DNA from: Escherichia coli
GTDB lineage: Bacteria > Pseudomonadota > Gammaproteobacteria > Enterobacterales > Enterobacteriaceae
Assembly (NCBI RefSeq): GCF_041886205.1
Contig: NZ_CP169029.1
Strand: one strand, 5' to 3'
Length of the DNA stretch: 64,000 nucleotides
Both the position numbers and the translations under genes were made by a program. The notes beneath the pieces were generated by a model. That model was not told where the DNA came from. It saw nothing but the letters and a program-made list of their open reading frames with translations, and ran no database searches. Numbering within the stretch: the first letter of the stretch is position 1; every line of letters starts with the position of its first letter. This document shows positions 7,651 through 25,825 of this stretch, piece after piece.

Positions 7651-7893
7651 CGCATAGGAGTTATTGCGAGAATCGTGCCAGAAGTAAAAAAAACACCTAA
7701 TCAAATGAAAAATAAAGATTTAATAAATTATTGTTTTTTATTGGGGGAAAACTTTTCGCTAAATTTGTATCTGTATTTATCATCAATTATCAAGAAAGAT
7801 AAATATTTCAGAAGAGAATAAAGGAATATTATCAGTTCTGCTTGCAAATGAATTCCCGTACACTGAATCCATCGGCTCACTGAGGGCACCATC

Positions 7894-8166
7894 ATGGCAC
7901 TCCCCCGTATTACCCAAAAAGAGATGACTGAACGCGAGCAGCGTGAACTTAAAACACTGCTGGATCGGGCGCGGATTGCGCATGGTCGCGTACTGACCAA
8001 CTCCGAAACCAACAGCATTAAGAAAGAGTACATCGATAAATTAATGGTTGAGCGTGAGGCTGAAGCAAAAAAAGCCCGCCAATTGAAGAAAAAGCAGGCT
8101 TATAAACCGGATCCTGAAGCGTCATTTAGCTGGTCAGCAAATACGTCGACGCGCGGCAGGCGCTGA
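7894..8166 (+). CDS. yjbD: DUF3811-family small basic protein YjbD
   Basis: 90-aa ORF starting MALPRITQKEMTEREQRELKTLLDRAR. Convergent with and abutting rluF, as in K-12. Confidence 0.9.
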   Translation: MALPRITQKEMTEREQRELKTLLDRARIAHGRVLTNSETNSIKKEYIDKLMVEREAEAKKARQLKKKQAYKPDPEASFSWSANTSTRGRR

Positions 8167-9039
8167 TTAGCGCCCCTTCTTTTTTCGCCCCGGCGAGGTA
8201 AAACGCTTACCGTTGGACGCCGGGCGACCGCCTTTTTCCGCCGTTTTTTCCATCTTAACGACTGGGCGTTTGATGCCCGCCGTTTTCGGTTTGGCCTTCG
8301 CTTTAGGTTTTGCCTCGGAAGAGGAATTTTCGATGAGTTTAAAGAGGTCGATTAACTCATCGTCAGTTAAATCGCGCCACTCACCCAGCGGAATGCCGCT
8401 TAAACTGACGTTCATAATGCGCGTACGTTCCAGCTTTTTCACTTCGTAACCAAAGTGCTCGCACATGCGACGGATCTGACGGTTCAGCCCCTGCACCAGG
8501 GTAATGCGGAAGACAAACGGCGCTTCTTTTTTGACTTTGCACTTTTTCGTCACCGTCCCGAGGATCGGCACTCCCGCCCCCATACCACGAATAAATTCAT
8601 CGGTAATCGGTTTATCGACCGTCACCAGATACTCTTTCTCATGATCGTTACCCGCACGGAGGATCTTATTCACCAGATCGCCGTGATTGGTGAGGAAAAT
8701 CAGCCCCTGGGAGTCTTTATCCAGGCGGCCAATCGGGAACACGCGTTTGCTGTGGTTAACGAAATCGACAATGTTATCGCGCTCGCCATCTTCGGTGGTG
8801 CTGACAATACCGACGGGCTTGTTCAGGGCGATAAGTACCAAATCTTCGGCTTCCCGAGGCTCAATCAACTGACCGTTTACTTTCACAACGTCGCCGGGTT
8901 TCACCTGATCGCCAATGGTGGCTCGCTTGCCATTAAGGAACACATTGCCTTGCTCGATATAGCGATCCGCTTCGCGGCGTGAGCAAATTCCGCTTTCGCT
9001 GATGTATTTATTTAAACGGACTGATGAGTCGGGCAGCAT
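8167..9039 (-). CDS. rluF: 23S rRNA pseudouridine(2604) synthase
   Basis: 290-aa ORF with an S4 domain plus the RsuA/RluF-type motif ([15 protein letters not shown]) and a Lys-rich C-terminal tail. Confidence 0.95.
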   Translation of the reverse strand: MLPDSSVRLNKYISESGICSRREADRYIEQGNVFLNGKRATIGDQVKPGDVVKVNGQLIEPREAEDLVLIALNKPVGIVSTTEDGERDNIVDFVNHSKRVFPIGRLDKDSQGLIFLTNHGDLVNKILRAGNDHEKEYLVTVDKPITDEFIRGMGAGVPILGTVTKKCKVKKEAPFVFRITLVQGLNRQIRRMCEHFGYEVKKLERTRIMNVSLSGIPLGEWRDLTDDELIDLFKLIENSSSEAKPKAKAKPKTAGIKRPVVKMEKTAEKGGRPASNGKRFTSPGRKKKGR

Positions 9040-9250
9040 AAATTCTCCTGTAAAAAACGGAATATACCGTACCTTTGGGTTGATAAAAAATAGTCATGAG
9101 CGAACTATTTGTTATTTCCATTGGCTTGAATTCGTTACCTGCTCAAATCACTTTCCAGAAGCAATGTGCGACATCGTGAGCCATGTCAGTAAGTGGTTAA
9201 ATTCGCAGTGGTAGCATGCCTTCCGTGATTTCTTACTAACCGGAGAAGTA

Positions 9251-9940
9251 ATGGAACTGCTTTTATTGAGTAACTCGACGCTGCCGGGTAAAGCCTGGCT
9301 GGAACATGCACTGCCGCTAATTGCTGAACAGTTGCAGGGTCGCCGCTCAGCGGTGTTTATCCCTTTCGCTGGCGTAACGCAGACCTGGGATGATTACACA
9401 GCGAAAACGGCTGCGGTTCTCGCTCCGCTGGGTGTTTCTGTCACCGGTATTCATAGCGTTGTCGATCCCGTTGCCGCGATTGAAAATGCTGAGATCGTGA
9501 TTGTCGGCGGCGGGAATACTTTCCAGTTGCTGAAACAGTGCCGCGAGCGCGGGCTGCTGGCACCAATTACTGACGTGGTTAAACGTGGCGCTCTGTATAT
9601 TGGCTGGAGCGCAGGCGCTAACCTTGCTTGCCCAACTATTCGTACCACCAACGATATGCCGATTGTCGATCCGCAAGGTTTCGATGCGCTAAATCTGTTC
9701 CCGCTGCAAATCAACCCGCACTTCACCAACGCGCTGCCGGAAGGCCATAAAGGTGAAACCCGTGAGCAGCGTATTCGCGAACTGCTGGTCGTCGCGCCAG
9801 AACTGACGATTATTGGTCTACCGGAAGGTAACTGGATCACAGTGAGTAAAGGTCACGCTACGCTGGGTGGCCCGAACACCACTTATGTGTTTAAGGCTGG
9901 TGAAGAAGCGGTTCCGCTGGAAGCTGGTCACCGTTTTTAA
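9251..9940 (+). CDS. pepE: Dipeptidase E (alpha-aspartyl dipeptidase)
   Basis: 229-aa ORF starting [19 protein letters not shown]; peptidase S51 family (GWSAGAN). Confidence 0.95.
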
Positions 9941-9946
9941 GTGAAT

Positions 9947-10017
9947 TGCCGGATGCATGATCCGGCATCTTGTTCATAGTGCCTGATGCGACGCTTGACG
10001 CGTCTTATCAGGCCTAC
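9947..10017. repeat. REP-type palindromic elements between pepE and yjbB
   Basis: tgccggatgcatgatccggca and gcctgatgcgacgcttgacgcgtcttatcaggcctac match the REP consensus. Confidence 0.85.
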
Positions 10018-10030
10018 AGGATTCACAATA

Positions 10031-11662
10031 TTAATACTCGTCCCGTCCTTCATCTTCATCCGGCTGTTCCAGCACACTGTAAGCCACCGAACAAAACAGC
10101 GAGTTCAGGCGCTGCATATCTCCCAGTAAGCCTAAATGTAGCGAACTGGTTTCAATGCTCTGCACGTTTTGCTGATGCAGGCGATCGACGTGGGCGTGGG
10201 AATAGCGGCGATTAAGAATGCGAAAACGATGTTTGCTGCGACGCAAACGACGAGCGCTGGTGACATCGCCAGAGAAGAACACCGACATTGCCAGTTTTAA
10301 ATTACTGAGCAATTGCTCATAGAGCGCATCCAGTTCCTTCAAGCCATCAAGCGAAAATGCCCGCCGTGCTGCCAGCGATTTATCGGCAATTTCGCTGCCC
10401 ATGCGCTCGACGATATCGGAAGCCTGTTCAAGGTTGAGCGACATTTCGATGATCTCCGCCCAGCGGCGCGACTCTTCTTCTGCCAGTTCCTCTTTTGGCA
10501 TTCGCGCCAGATACAGCTTAATGGCGGTGTAGAGAACGTTGATATCATCTGCCAGCTTACGCAGCTCTTTCTCCTGCCGTGGCTCGCCGTGCATCACTTT
10601 ATTCAGCCCTTCCATCATCTGTTCCATGGCGTCGCCAATGCGCAGGGTTTCGCGCGCGGCGTTCGCCAGAGCAAGCGTGGGCGTATCCAGCGCGCTGACA
10701 TCCAGATGTTTAGGCCGTAGCTGGGTATCCAGTTCCGGTTCATCGCGAATAATCGTTTTGCAAAACCGTGCCATCGGGTCAACAAATGGCAGCATGACCA
10801 GGCAACGTACAAGGTTGTAGAAGACGTGGAAATAGATCACCAGTTCCGCTTTTGGCAATGACAACTTCCCCATTGTCTCTGCCAGCAAATGGACAAACGG
10901 CAGGATAATCAGGCTACCCACCAGCTTAAACAGCAGACTACCCAGCGCGACACGGCGGGCTGCGGCATTGGCGGCACTGTTGTTGAGCATCGCCAGCAGA
11001 CCGGAACCGAGGTTAGCACCAATCACCAGACAGAGCGCCACGGGGAAGGAGATAATGCCTGCGGCGGTCAGAGTCGCGGTCAGCAGTACAGCAGCAAGGC
11101 TGGAGTAGCTGATAATGGCGAACATCGCGCCAATCAGCGCATCCAGCAGAATATCGCCGGTCAGCGAGGCAAAGATCACCTGAACGCCGTTTGCCTGGGT
11201 GATCGGCGTTACGGCCTGCACAATCAACTCCAGCGCTAGCAAAATCAGCCCAAGACCAATACCGACGCGGCCCAGTTGCCCGGCGCGTGACTGTTTGCGT
11301 CCGAGGAAAAAAATCACGCCGATAAAAATAAGTAACGGTGACAGCCAGGATAAGTCGAAGGTGAGAATACGCGCCATTAGCGCCGTCCCGACATCTGCCC
11401 CCAGCACAATGACCAGAGCCGGTGCGAGGGCTACCAGATCCTGAGCGACGAACGAGGTCACCAGCATGGTGGTGGCATTACTGCTCTGTACAAGTGCGGT
11501 AACGCCGATCCCCGCGCAAAAGGCGAGCGGCTTTTTTTCGACGCTCCGGCTAAGGACAGTACGCAAACGCGCGCCGAAGACGCGCATTACGCCGGTTCGA
11601 ACAATATGAGTCCCCCAGACCAGCAGGGCGACGGCAGAAAGCAGGTGAAGCAGCGTTAACAC
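10031..11662 (-). CDS. yjbB: Na/Pi-cotransporter-family membrane protein (putative phosphate exporter)
   Basis: 543-aa ORF, polytopic hydrophobic N-terminal half plus a PhoU-like C-terminal half. Position matches K-12. Confidence 0.93.
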   Translation of the reverse strand: MLTLLHLLSAVALLVWGTHIVRTGVMRVFGARLRTVLSRSVEKKPLAFCAGIGVTALVQSSNATTMLVTSFVAQDLVALAPALVIVLGADVGTALMARILTFDLSWLSPLLIFIGVIFFLGRKQSRAGQLGRVGIGLGLILLALELIVQAVTPITQANGVQVIFASLTGDILLDALIGAMFAIISYSSLAAVLLTATLTAAGIISFPVALCLVIGANLGSGLLAMLNNSAANAAARRVALGSLLFKLVGSLIILPFVHLLAETMGKLSLPKAELVIYFHVFYNLVRCLVMLPFVDPMARFCKTIIRDEPELDTQLRPKHLDVSALDTPTLALANAARETLRIGDAMEQMMEGLNKVMHGEPRQEKELRKLADDINVLYTAIKLYLARMPKEELAEEESRRWAEIIEMSLNLEQASDIVERMGSEIADKSLAARRAFSLDGLKELDALYEQLLSNLKLAMSVFFSGDVTSARRLRRSKHRFRILNRRYSHAHVDRLHQQNVQSIETSSLHLGLLGDMQRLNSLFCSVAYSVLEQPDEDEGRDEY

Positions 11663-11819
11663 GAGTTCAGGTTCTCCTTATCGTTATATGTTCCTGAAGC
11701 AATTGAATGACCAAAGGACCGGAAACACGCTGACTGGCATCTTTACTGTGCCTTTTGACATTCGTTTTTCCGGCTAAGATTATTCCAGCCTGTTTCCAGT
11801 ATAAGTGTTTCATATTAAT

Positions 11820-11850
11820 AAAGAGACAGGGCACTCATTGAGCGCCCTGT
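11820..11850 (-). terminator. Probable metH terminator
   Basis: Hairpin cagggc-N11-gccctg (11827-11849), followed on the minus strand by a T-rich stretch. Confidence 0.5.
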
Positions 11851-11881
11851 TTGTTGTAAGGAAAAGTGACAGATTTGTGAA

Positions 11882-15565
<3,684 letters not shown>

Positions 15566-15764
15566 ACTTGCTCCCGACACGCTCAACCCAGATTTAATAA
15601 AAATTCAACAAACCATACTGGCATAAACGCATCTGTGGTAAAAGCGACCACCACGCAACATGAGATTTGTTCAACATTAACTCATCGGATCAGTTCAGCA
15701 ACTATTGCATTAGCTAACAATAAAAATGAAAATGATTTCCACGATACAGAAAAAGGAGACTGTC

Positions 15765-16589
15765 ATGGTCGCACCCATTCCCGCGAAACGCGGCAGAAAA
15801 CCCGCCGTTGCCACCGCACCAGCGACTGGACAGGTTCAGTCTTTAACGCGTGGCCTGAAATTACTGGAGTGGATTGCCGAATCCAATGGCAGTGTGGCAC
15901 TCACGGAACTGGCGCAACAAGCCGGGTTACCCAATTCCACGACCCACCGCCTGCTAACCACGATGCAACAGCAGGGTTTCGTGCGTCAGGTTGGCGAACT
16001 GGGACACTGGGCAATCGGCGCACATGCCTTTATGGTCGGCAGCAGCTTTCTCCAGAGCCGTAATTTGTTAGCAATTGTTCACCCTATCCTGCGCAATTTA
16101 ATGGAAGAGTCTGGCGAAACGGTCAATATGGCGGTGCTTGATCAAAGCGATCACGAAGCGATTATTATCGACCAGGTACAGTGTACGCATCTGATGCGAA
16201 TGTCCGCGCCTATCGGCGGTAAATTGCCGATGCACGCTTCCGGTGCGGGTAAAGCCTTTTTAGCCCAACTGAGCGAAGAACAGGTGACGAAGCTGCTGCA
16301 CCGCAAAGGGTTACATGCCTATACCCACGCAACGCTGGTGTCTCCTGTGCATTTAAAAGAAGATCTCGCCCAAACGCGCAAACGGGGCTATTCATTTGAC
16401 GATGAGGAACATGCACTGGGGCTACGTTGCCTTGCAGCGTGTATTTTCGATGAGCACCGTGAACCGTTTGCCGCAATTTCTATTTCCGGACCGATTTCAC
16501 GTATTACCGATGACCGCGTGACCGAGTTTGGCGCGATGGTGATTAAAGCGGCGAAGGAAGTGACGCTGGCGTACGGTGGAATGCGCTGA
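15765..16589 (+). CDS. iclR: IclR transcriptional repressor of aceBAK
   Basis: 274 aa from the ATG at 15765, preceded by AAGGAG (MVAPIPAKRGRKPAV...). Confidence 0.97.
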   Translation: MVAPIPAKRGRKPAVATAPATGQVQSLTRGLKLLEWIAESNGSVALTELAQQAGLPNSTTHRLLTTMQQQGFVRQVGELGHWAIGAHAFMVGSSFLQSRNLLAIVHPILRNLMEESGETVNMAVLDQSDHEAIIIDQVQCTHLMRMSAPIGGKLPMHASGAGKAFLAQLSEEQVTKLLHRKGLHAYTHATLVSPVHLKEDLAQTRKRGYSFDDEEHALGLRCLAACIFDEHREPFAAISISGPISRITDDRVTEFGAMVIKAAKEVTLAYGGMR

Positions 16590-16905
16590 CTTTTTCTGGC
16601 GGGCAGAGGCAATATTCTGCCCATCATACCTGAGTGGCAATAGAATAAGGGTGTCTGTTAATCGCATTGACGCCAAAATAACTTAATGTCATACACTTCA
16701 CACACTTTTATTAACTCAGCATTATTTTTAAACATCAAACCACTTAATTATTAACAAAATCGCAAGATCTCATTCCACCGAAACTTTTACGGCTGCATTA
16801 TGAGATTGAGCGATTTATGATATTTCTTTAGTTGTAATCATATTAAATTTTTTCACTGTTCTGATAGTTAAAATTCAAGACATCAATAAATAATGAGATA
16901 TTTAA

Positions 16906-20797
<3,892 letters not shown>

Positions 20798-20825
20798 TTA
20801 GCGCCCTCATCAGGAGCAGAGAATT

Positions 20826-20957
20826 GCCGGATGCGGCGTAAACGCCTTATCCAGCCTACGTTCGGCAACGGTTGTAGGCATGATAAGACGCGCAAGCGTC
20901 GCATCAGGCATCGTGCACCGATTGCCGGATGCGGCGTAAATGCCTTATCCGGCCTAC
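20826..20957. repeat. BIME: three REP elements in alternating orientation between aceA and aceK
   Basis: REP consensus copies at about 20826-20858, 20872-20910 (inverted) and 20924-20957. Confidence 0.9.
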
Positions 20958-20979
20958 AGTCAGCAACGGTTGTTGTTGC

Positions 20980-22284
20980 TTAGAACTGCGATTCTTCGGT
21001 GGAGCCGGTCAGCGCTGTAACCGACGACGTGCCGCCCTGAATAATAGTCGTCACTTTATCGAAGTAACCTGTACCCACTTCCTGCTGGTGAGATACGAAG
21101 GTATAGCCATCTTTCGCGGCGGCAAATTCCGGCTGCTGCACTTTCTCAACGTAGTGCTTCATACCCTCGCCCTGGGCATAGGCGTTTGCCAGGTCAAACA
21201 TGTTGAACCACATGCTGTGGATACCTGCCAGGGTGATGAACTGGAACTTGTAACCCATATCCGACAGCTGCTGCTGGAAGCTGGCAATAGTTTTGTCGTC
21301 GAGGTTTTTCTGCCAGTTGAACGACGGTGAGCAGTTATAAGCCAGCAGTTTGCCCGGATATTTCGCGTGGATGGCTTGTGCAAAGCGACGCGCCAGTTCC
21401 AGATCCGGCGTGGAGGTTTCACACCATACCAGGTCAGCATATGGCGCATACGCCAGGCCACGGCTGATCGCTTGCTCAATGCCCGCATGAGTACGGAAGA
21501 AGCCTTCACTGGTACGTTCGCCGGTAATAAATTCGCTGTCATACGGGTCGCAATCGGAGGTGATCAGATCCGCCGCATCAGCATCGGTACGTGCAACCAG
21601 CAGGGTTGGAACGCCCGTCACGTCAGCTGCCAGACGCGCCGCGACCAGTTTCTGAATAGCTTCCTGAGTTGGCACCAAAACTTTGCCGCCCATGTGACCG
21701 CATTTCTTCACTGATGCCAGCTGATCTTCGAAGTGAACTGCCGCTGCACCGGCTTCAATCATCGCTTTCATCAGTTCAAAGGCATTCAGGACACCGCCAA
21801 AACCGGCTTCCGCATCGGCAACGATCGGCAGGAAGTAATCGACATAGCGCGGATCGCCCGGCTCAATGCCCGCGGACCATTGGATCTGATCCGCACGGCG
21901 GAAAGTATTGTTGATCCGCTCCACCACAGCTGGCACCGAGTTTGCCGGATAGAGCGACTGATCCGGATACATGCTGGCCGCCAGGTTAGCGTCCGCCGCT
22001 ACCTGCCATCCCGACAGATAGACTGCTTCAATACCCGCTTTCGCCTGTTGCAGCGCCTGACCGCCAGTCAGTGCACCGAGGCTGTTGATGTAGCCTTTTT
22101 TCGACTCGCCGTGCAGCAGACGCCACATTTTCGCCGCGCCCAGTTGCGCCAGGGTGCATTCAGGATTGACTGAACCGCGTAATTTCACCACATCTTCCGC
22201 GCTGTATGGGCGAGTAATGCCTTCCCAACGCGGTTGAGTCCACTCTTTCTGTAATTCTTCAATTTGTTGTGTACGGGTTTTCAT
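20980..22284 (-). CDS. aceA: Isocitrate lyase
   Basis: 434 aa from the ATG at 22284 ([15 protein letters not shown]...); KKCGHMGGK active-site motif. Confidence 0.98.
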   Translation of the reverse strand: MKTRTQQIEELQKEWTQPRWEGITRPYSAEDVVKLRGSVNPECTLAQLGAAKMWRLLHGESKKGYINSLGALTGGQALQQAKAGIEAVYLSGWQVAADANLAASMYPDQSLYPANSVPAVVERINNTFRRADQIQWSAGIEPGDPRYVDYFLPIVADAEAGFGGVLNAFELMKAMIEAGAAAVHFEDQLASVKKCGHMGGKVLVPTQEAIQKLVAARLAADVTGVPTLLVARTDADAADLITSDCDPYDSEFITGERTSEGFFRTHAGIEQAISRGLAYAPYADLVWCETSTPDLELARRFAQAIHAKYPGKLLAYNCSPSFNWQKNLDDKTIASFQQQLSDMGYKFQFITLAGIHSMWFNMFDLANAYAQGEGMKHYVEKVQQPEFAAAKDGYTFVSHQQEVGTGYFDKVTTIIQGGTSSVTALTGSTEESQF

Positions 22285-22313
22285 GTGCAGATGCTCCATA
22301 GTTATGTGGTGGT

Positions 22314-23915
22314 TTACGCTAACAGGCGGTAGCCTGGCAGGGTCAGGAAATCTATTAACTCATCGGAAGTGGTGATCTGTTCCATCAAGCGTGCGGCATC
22401 GTCAAAACGCCCCTGGGAGAAACGTTCTTCGCCCAATTCGCTAGCAATGACTTTCATCTCTTCGTCCAGCATCTGGCGGAACAAGGCTTTGGTAACCGGT
22501 TTGCCATTGCTCAACGTTTTTTGATGATGGATCCACTGCCAGATTGAGGTACGGGAAATTTCAGCCGTCGCCGCATCTTCCATCAGGCCATAAATCGGCA
22601 CACAGCCGTTGCCGGATATCCATGCTTCGATGTACTGCACAGCCACGCGAATGTTGGCGCGCATACCTTCTTCGGTGCGTTCACCATCACAAGGTGCCAG
22701 CAGCTGATCGGCAGTAATCGGCGCGTCTTGTTCGCGCATCACTTCAAGCTGATTTTTACGGGAGCCGAGAATGTCGTTGAATACCGCCATTGCCGTGTCC
22801 GCAAGGCCTGGGTGAGCGATCCATGTGCCATCGTGACCGTTATTGGCTTCCAGCGATTTATCCGCTTTTACTTTGTTGAGCACCTGGTTATTGCGCTCTT
22901 CATCTTTGCTCGGAATAAATGCCGCCATGCCGCCCATCGCAAAAGCACCGCGTTTATGACACGTTTTGATTAACAGGCGTGAGTAAGCATTCAGGAAGGG
23001 TTTATCCATCGTCACTGCCTGTCTGTCTGGCAGGACGCGATCGGGATAGTTTTTCAACGTTTTGATATAACTGAAGATGTAATCCCAACGACCGCAGTTC
23101 AGACCAACAATATGGTCACGCAGCGCGTGAAGGATTTCATCCATCTGGAACACGGCGGGCAGCGTTTCAATCAGCAACGTCGCCTTGATGGTGCCGCGCG
23201 GCAGATTAAAGCGATCTTCTGCATAGCTGAAGACTTCGCTCCACCAGGCCGCTTCCTGCCAGGACTGGGTTTTCGGCAAATAGAAATAGGGACCGCTGCC
23301 CTTTGCCAACAGTGCCTGATAGTTGTGGAAGAAATAGAGCGCAAAATCAAACAGGCTACCGGGGATTGCCTCACCACGCCAGGTGACATGTTTTTCCGGC
23401 AAGTGCAGACCGCGTACCCGACAAATCAAAACCGCTGGATTGGGCTTGAGCTGATAAATTTTGCCTGCTTCATTGGTATAGCTGATGGTGCCGTTAACTG
23501 CATCACGCAGGTTAATTTGCCCGTCGATCACTTTGTTCCAGTCCGGGGCCAGTGAATCTTCGAAATCGGCCATAAAGACTTTCACATTGGCGTTGAGCGC
23601 GTTGATCACCATCTTGCGCTCTACCGGGCCAGTTATCTCTACTCGACGATCTTCTAAGTCCGCAGGAATCCCGCGAACTTTCCAGTTAGCATCACGAATG
23701 GAAGCTGTTTCCGAAATAAAATCAGGCAACGTTCCGTTATCAATATCTTGCTGCTGCTGAATGCGCGCTGCCAGAAGTTTATTGCGTTGTGGCGTAAAAT
23801 GCGTCACCAGCTCAGTCAGAAATTCTACCGCTTCGGCAGTAAGAATTTGCTTCTCCTGTTCGCCATACGGCCTTGTGAAAGCCAGTTCATCGGTTGTTGT
23901 TGCCTGTTCAGTCAT
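22314..23915 (-). CDS. aceB: Malate synthase A
   Basis: 533 aa from the ATG at 23915 ([20 protein letters not shown]...). Confidence 0.98.
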   Translation of the reverse strand: MTEQATTTDELAFTRPYGEQEKQILTAEAVEFLTELVTHFTPQRNKLLAARIQQQQDIDNGTLPDFISETASIRDANWKVRGIPADLEDRRVEITGPVERKMVINALNANVKVFMADFEDSLAPDWNKVIDGQINLRDAVNGTISYTNEAGKIYQLKPNPAVLICRVRGLHLPEKHVTWRGEAIPGSLFDFALYFFHNYQALLAKGSGPYFYLPKTQSWQEAAWWSEVFSYAEDRFNLPRGTIKATLLIETLPAVFQMDEILHALRDHIVGLNCGRWDYIFSYIKTLKNYPDRVLPDRQAVTMDKPFLNAYSRLLIKTCHKRGAFAMGGMAAFIPSKDEERNNQVLNKVKADKSLEANNGHDGTWIAHPGLADTAMAVFNDILGSRKNQLEVMREQDAPITADQLLAPCDGERTEEGMRANIRVAVQYIEAWISGNGCVPIYGLMEDAATAEISRTSIWQWIHHQKTLSNGKPVTKALFRQMLDEEMKVIASELGEERFSQGRFDDAARLMEQITTSDELIDFLTLPGYRLLA

Positions 23916-24112
23916 CGTGCAGCTCCTCGTCATGGATCCGAAAACTTCCCCACTGTGAACGAAGGATCGTTGTGCGCTTTTCGTTCAGCACAACTAAGAC
24001 TACTCATTTAAAAATCAAAATCAAAAACAATTTCCATTTTAATTAAAAATACTTAATAACTTATTGATAACAATATGAATAAAATTTATTCACCTGATGA
24101 GGTGCATTTCGG

Positions 24113-24139
24113 AAATAAAAAAGGCACCCGAAGGTGCCT
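24113..24139 (-). terminator. Rho-independent terminator of metA
   Basis: aggcacc-cgaa-ggtgcct hairpin (24122-24139), followed on the minus strand by a run of T (A-run 24116-24122 on plus). Confidence 0.8.
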
Positions 24140-24183
24140 GAGGTAAGGTGCTGAATCGCTTAACGATCGACTATCACAGAAGA

Positions 24184-25113
24184 TTAATCCAGCGTTGGAT
24201 TCATGTGCCGTAGATCGTATGGCGTAATCTGGTAGACGTAATAGTTGAGCCAGTTGGTAAATAGCAAATTACCGTGACTACGCCAGCTCGCTCGCGGTGT
24301 ATTTTGCGGATCATTGTGCGGGAAATAGTTATACGGTACATCCGGGTCTAGTCCAGCTTCCAAATCGCGGAAAAATTCCTGCGCCAGCGTTTGCGCATCA
24401 TATTCGGGATGGCCCGTCACAAAGGCAATGCGCTTATCTTTGCTGGCAAACAGATATGCATCCCCTTCTTCCGTCTCTGCCAGAATTTCCAGATCGGTGT
24501 AATCACGAATCAACGATGCCGGAAAGTCAGCATAGCGCGAATGCGGTGCCAGGAATGAATCATCAAAGCCACGCGTCAGAAGCGCATGAGGATGGAGAAT
24601 ATGATGCTCGTAAACGCCAGAGAGTTTGTCGGTGCGGGTTTGCTTAGGAATGCCGTAGAGGATATTGAGCGCGGCCTGTACCGCCCAGCAGACAAACAGC
24701 GTCGAGGTGACGTGATCTTTCGACCACTCCAGCACCTGTTTGATCTGCGGCCAGTAAGCGACATCATTAAACTCCACCAGGCCCAGCGGCGCGCCGGTAA
24801 CTATCAGACCGTCAAAGTTTTGTTCCTGAATATCTTCAAAGTTACAGTAGAAGTTGTTCAGATGCTCTGCGGGCGTGTTGCGCGATTCACGGGAATCGAT
24901 GCGCAACAGCTGAATATCGACCTGTAAGGGCGAGTTTGAAAGCAGGCGCAGAAACTGATTTTCAGTTTCAATCTTCTTCGGCATCAGGTTAAGGATCAGA
25001 ACCTTAAGTGGACGAATTTCCTGACCAGACGCACGAGAAGTTGTCATCACAAAGACGTTTTCTTCACGCAAGAAATTGACGGCGGGTAGCTCGTCCGGCA
25101 CACGAATAGGCAT
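24184..25113 (-). CDS. metA: Homoserine O-succinyltransferase
   Basis: 309-aa ORF starting [28 protein letters not shown]. Confidence 0.98.
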   Translation of the reverse strand: MPIRVPDELPAVNFLREENVFVMTTSRASGQEIRPLKVLILNLMPKKIETENQFLRLLSNSPLQVDIQLLRIDSRESRNTPAEHLNNFYCNFEDIQEQNFDGLIVTGAPLGLVEFNDVAYWPQIKQVLEWSKDHVTSTLFVCWAVQAALNILYGIPKQTRTDKLSGVYEHHILHPHALLTRGFDDSFLAPHSRYADFPASLIRDYTDLEILAETEEGDAYLFASKDKRIAFVTGHPEYDAQTLAQEFFRDLEAGLDPDVPYNYFPHNDPQNTPRASWRSHGNLLFTNWLNYYVYQITPYDLRHMNPTLD

Positions 25114-25269
25114 AACCTGATTACCTCACTACATACGCTTATACGTTTAGACATCCAGATAGCTGAAGATAACCAGAAAATTTGCCAATGTCGAGCCTGC
25201 ATGTTGAAGGTGAGAAAGTTTCAAGGAAAAGACTACGTTAGAATATAAGAATGACTAAAAGGAGAGAAA

Positions 25270-25713
25270 ATGGTTATTAGTATTCGCCGCTCACGGCATG
25301 AGGAAGGGGAGGAACTCGTTGCGATTTGGTGTCGATCTGTCGATGCCACTCACGATTTTTTATCAGCAGAGTATCGGGCCGAGCTGGAGGAGCTGGTTCG
25401 TTCCTTTCTGCCGGAAGCACCGTTGTGGGTCGCGGTTAATGAGCGGGAACAGCCGGTTGGGTTTATGTTGTTAAGTGGGCAGCATATGGATGCGCTATTT
25501 ATCGATCCTGAGGTGCGCGGCTGCGGCGTGGGTCGGATGCTGGTGGAGCATGCGCTCTCGATGGCACCGGAACTGACAACCAACGTTAATGAGCAAAATG
25601 AGCAGGCGGTTGGGTTCTATAAGAAGGTGGGTTTTAAGGTTACGGGACGCTCTGAGGTGGACGATTTGGGGAAACCGTATCCGTTGCTGAATCTGGCGTA
25701 TGTGGAGGAATAA
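25270..25713 (+). CDS. yjaB: GNAT-family N-acetyltransferase YjaB
   Basis: 147-aa ORF starting MVISIRRSRHEEGEELVAIW, with the GNAT acetyl-CoA motif RGCGVGRMLVEHA. Confidence 0.93.
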   Translation: MVISIRRSRHEEGEELVAIWCRSVDATHDFLSAEYRAELEELVRSFLPEAPLWVAVNEREQPVGFMLLSGQHMDALFIDPEVRGCGVGRMLVEHALSMAPELTTNVNEQNEQAVGFYKKVGFKVTGRSEVDDLGKPYPLLNLAYVEE

Positions 25714-25785
25714 GCTGCCCCTGCCGTGCCTGCCCAAGCTGGAGAAGACGCGCCAGCGTCGCACCCGGCATTTTTTTCACCAACG

Positions 25786-25814
25786 CAAAAAGGCCATCCG
25801 TCAGGATGGCCTTC
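25786..25814 (-). terminator. rrnE operon terminator (T1-type)
   Basis: aaggccatcc-gtca-ggatggcctt hairpin with a T-run on the minus strand, immediately 3' of 5S rRNA. Confidence 0.9.
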
Positions 25815-25825
25815 TGCTTAATTTG

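Noticed and set aside
4410-7716. 11-bp direct repeat TGAAAAATAAA at 4410-4420 and 7706-7716, flanking most of the island (possible target-site duplication or att remnant).
   Set aside because: Both copies lie in very AT-rich, low-complexity DNA where an 11-mer match is not clearly beyond chance. No integrase or transposase is present, and the repeat does not bracket the AT-rich edges cleanly. I keep it only as a pointer for an empty-site alignment.
7376-8033. Small ORFs in the island/yjbD spacer (65 aa, 70 aa, 101 aa, 66 aa).
   Set aside because: They have no convincing RBS and low-complexity or AT-driven composition. They overlap the candidate tRNA-like element, the yjbD promoter, or yjbD itself on the antisense strand.
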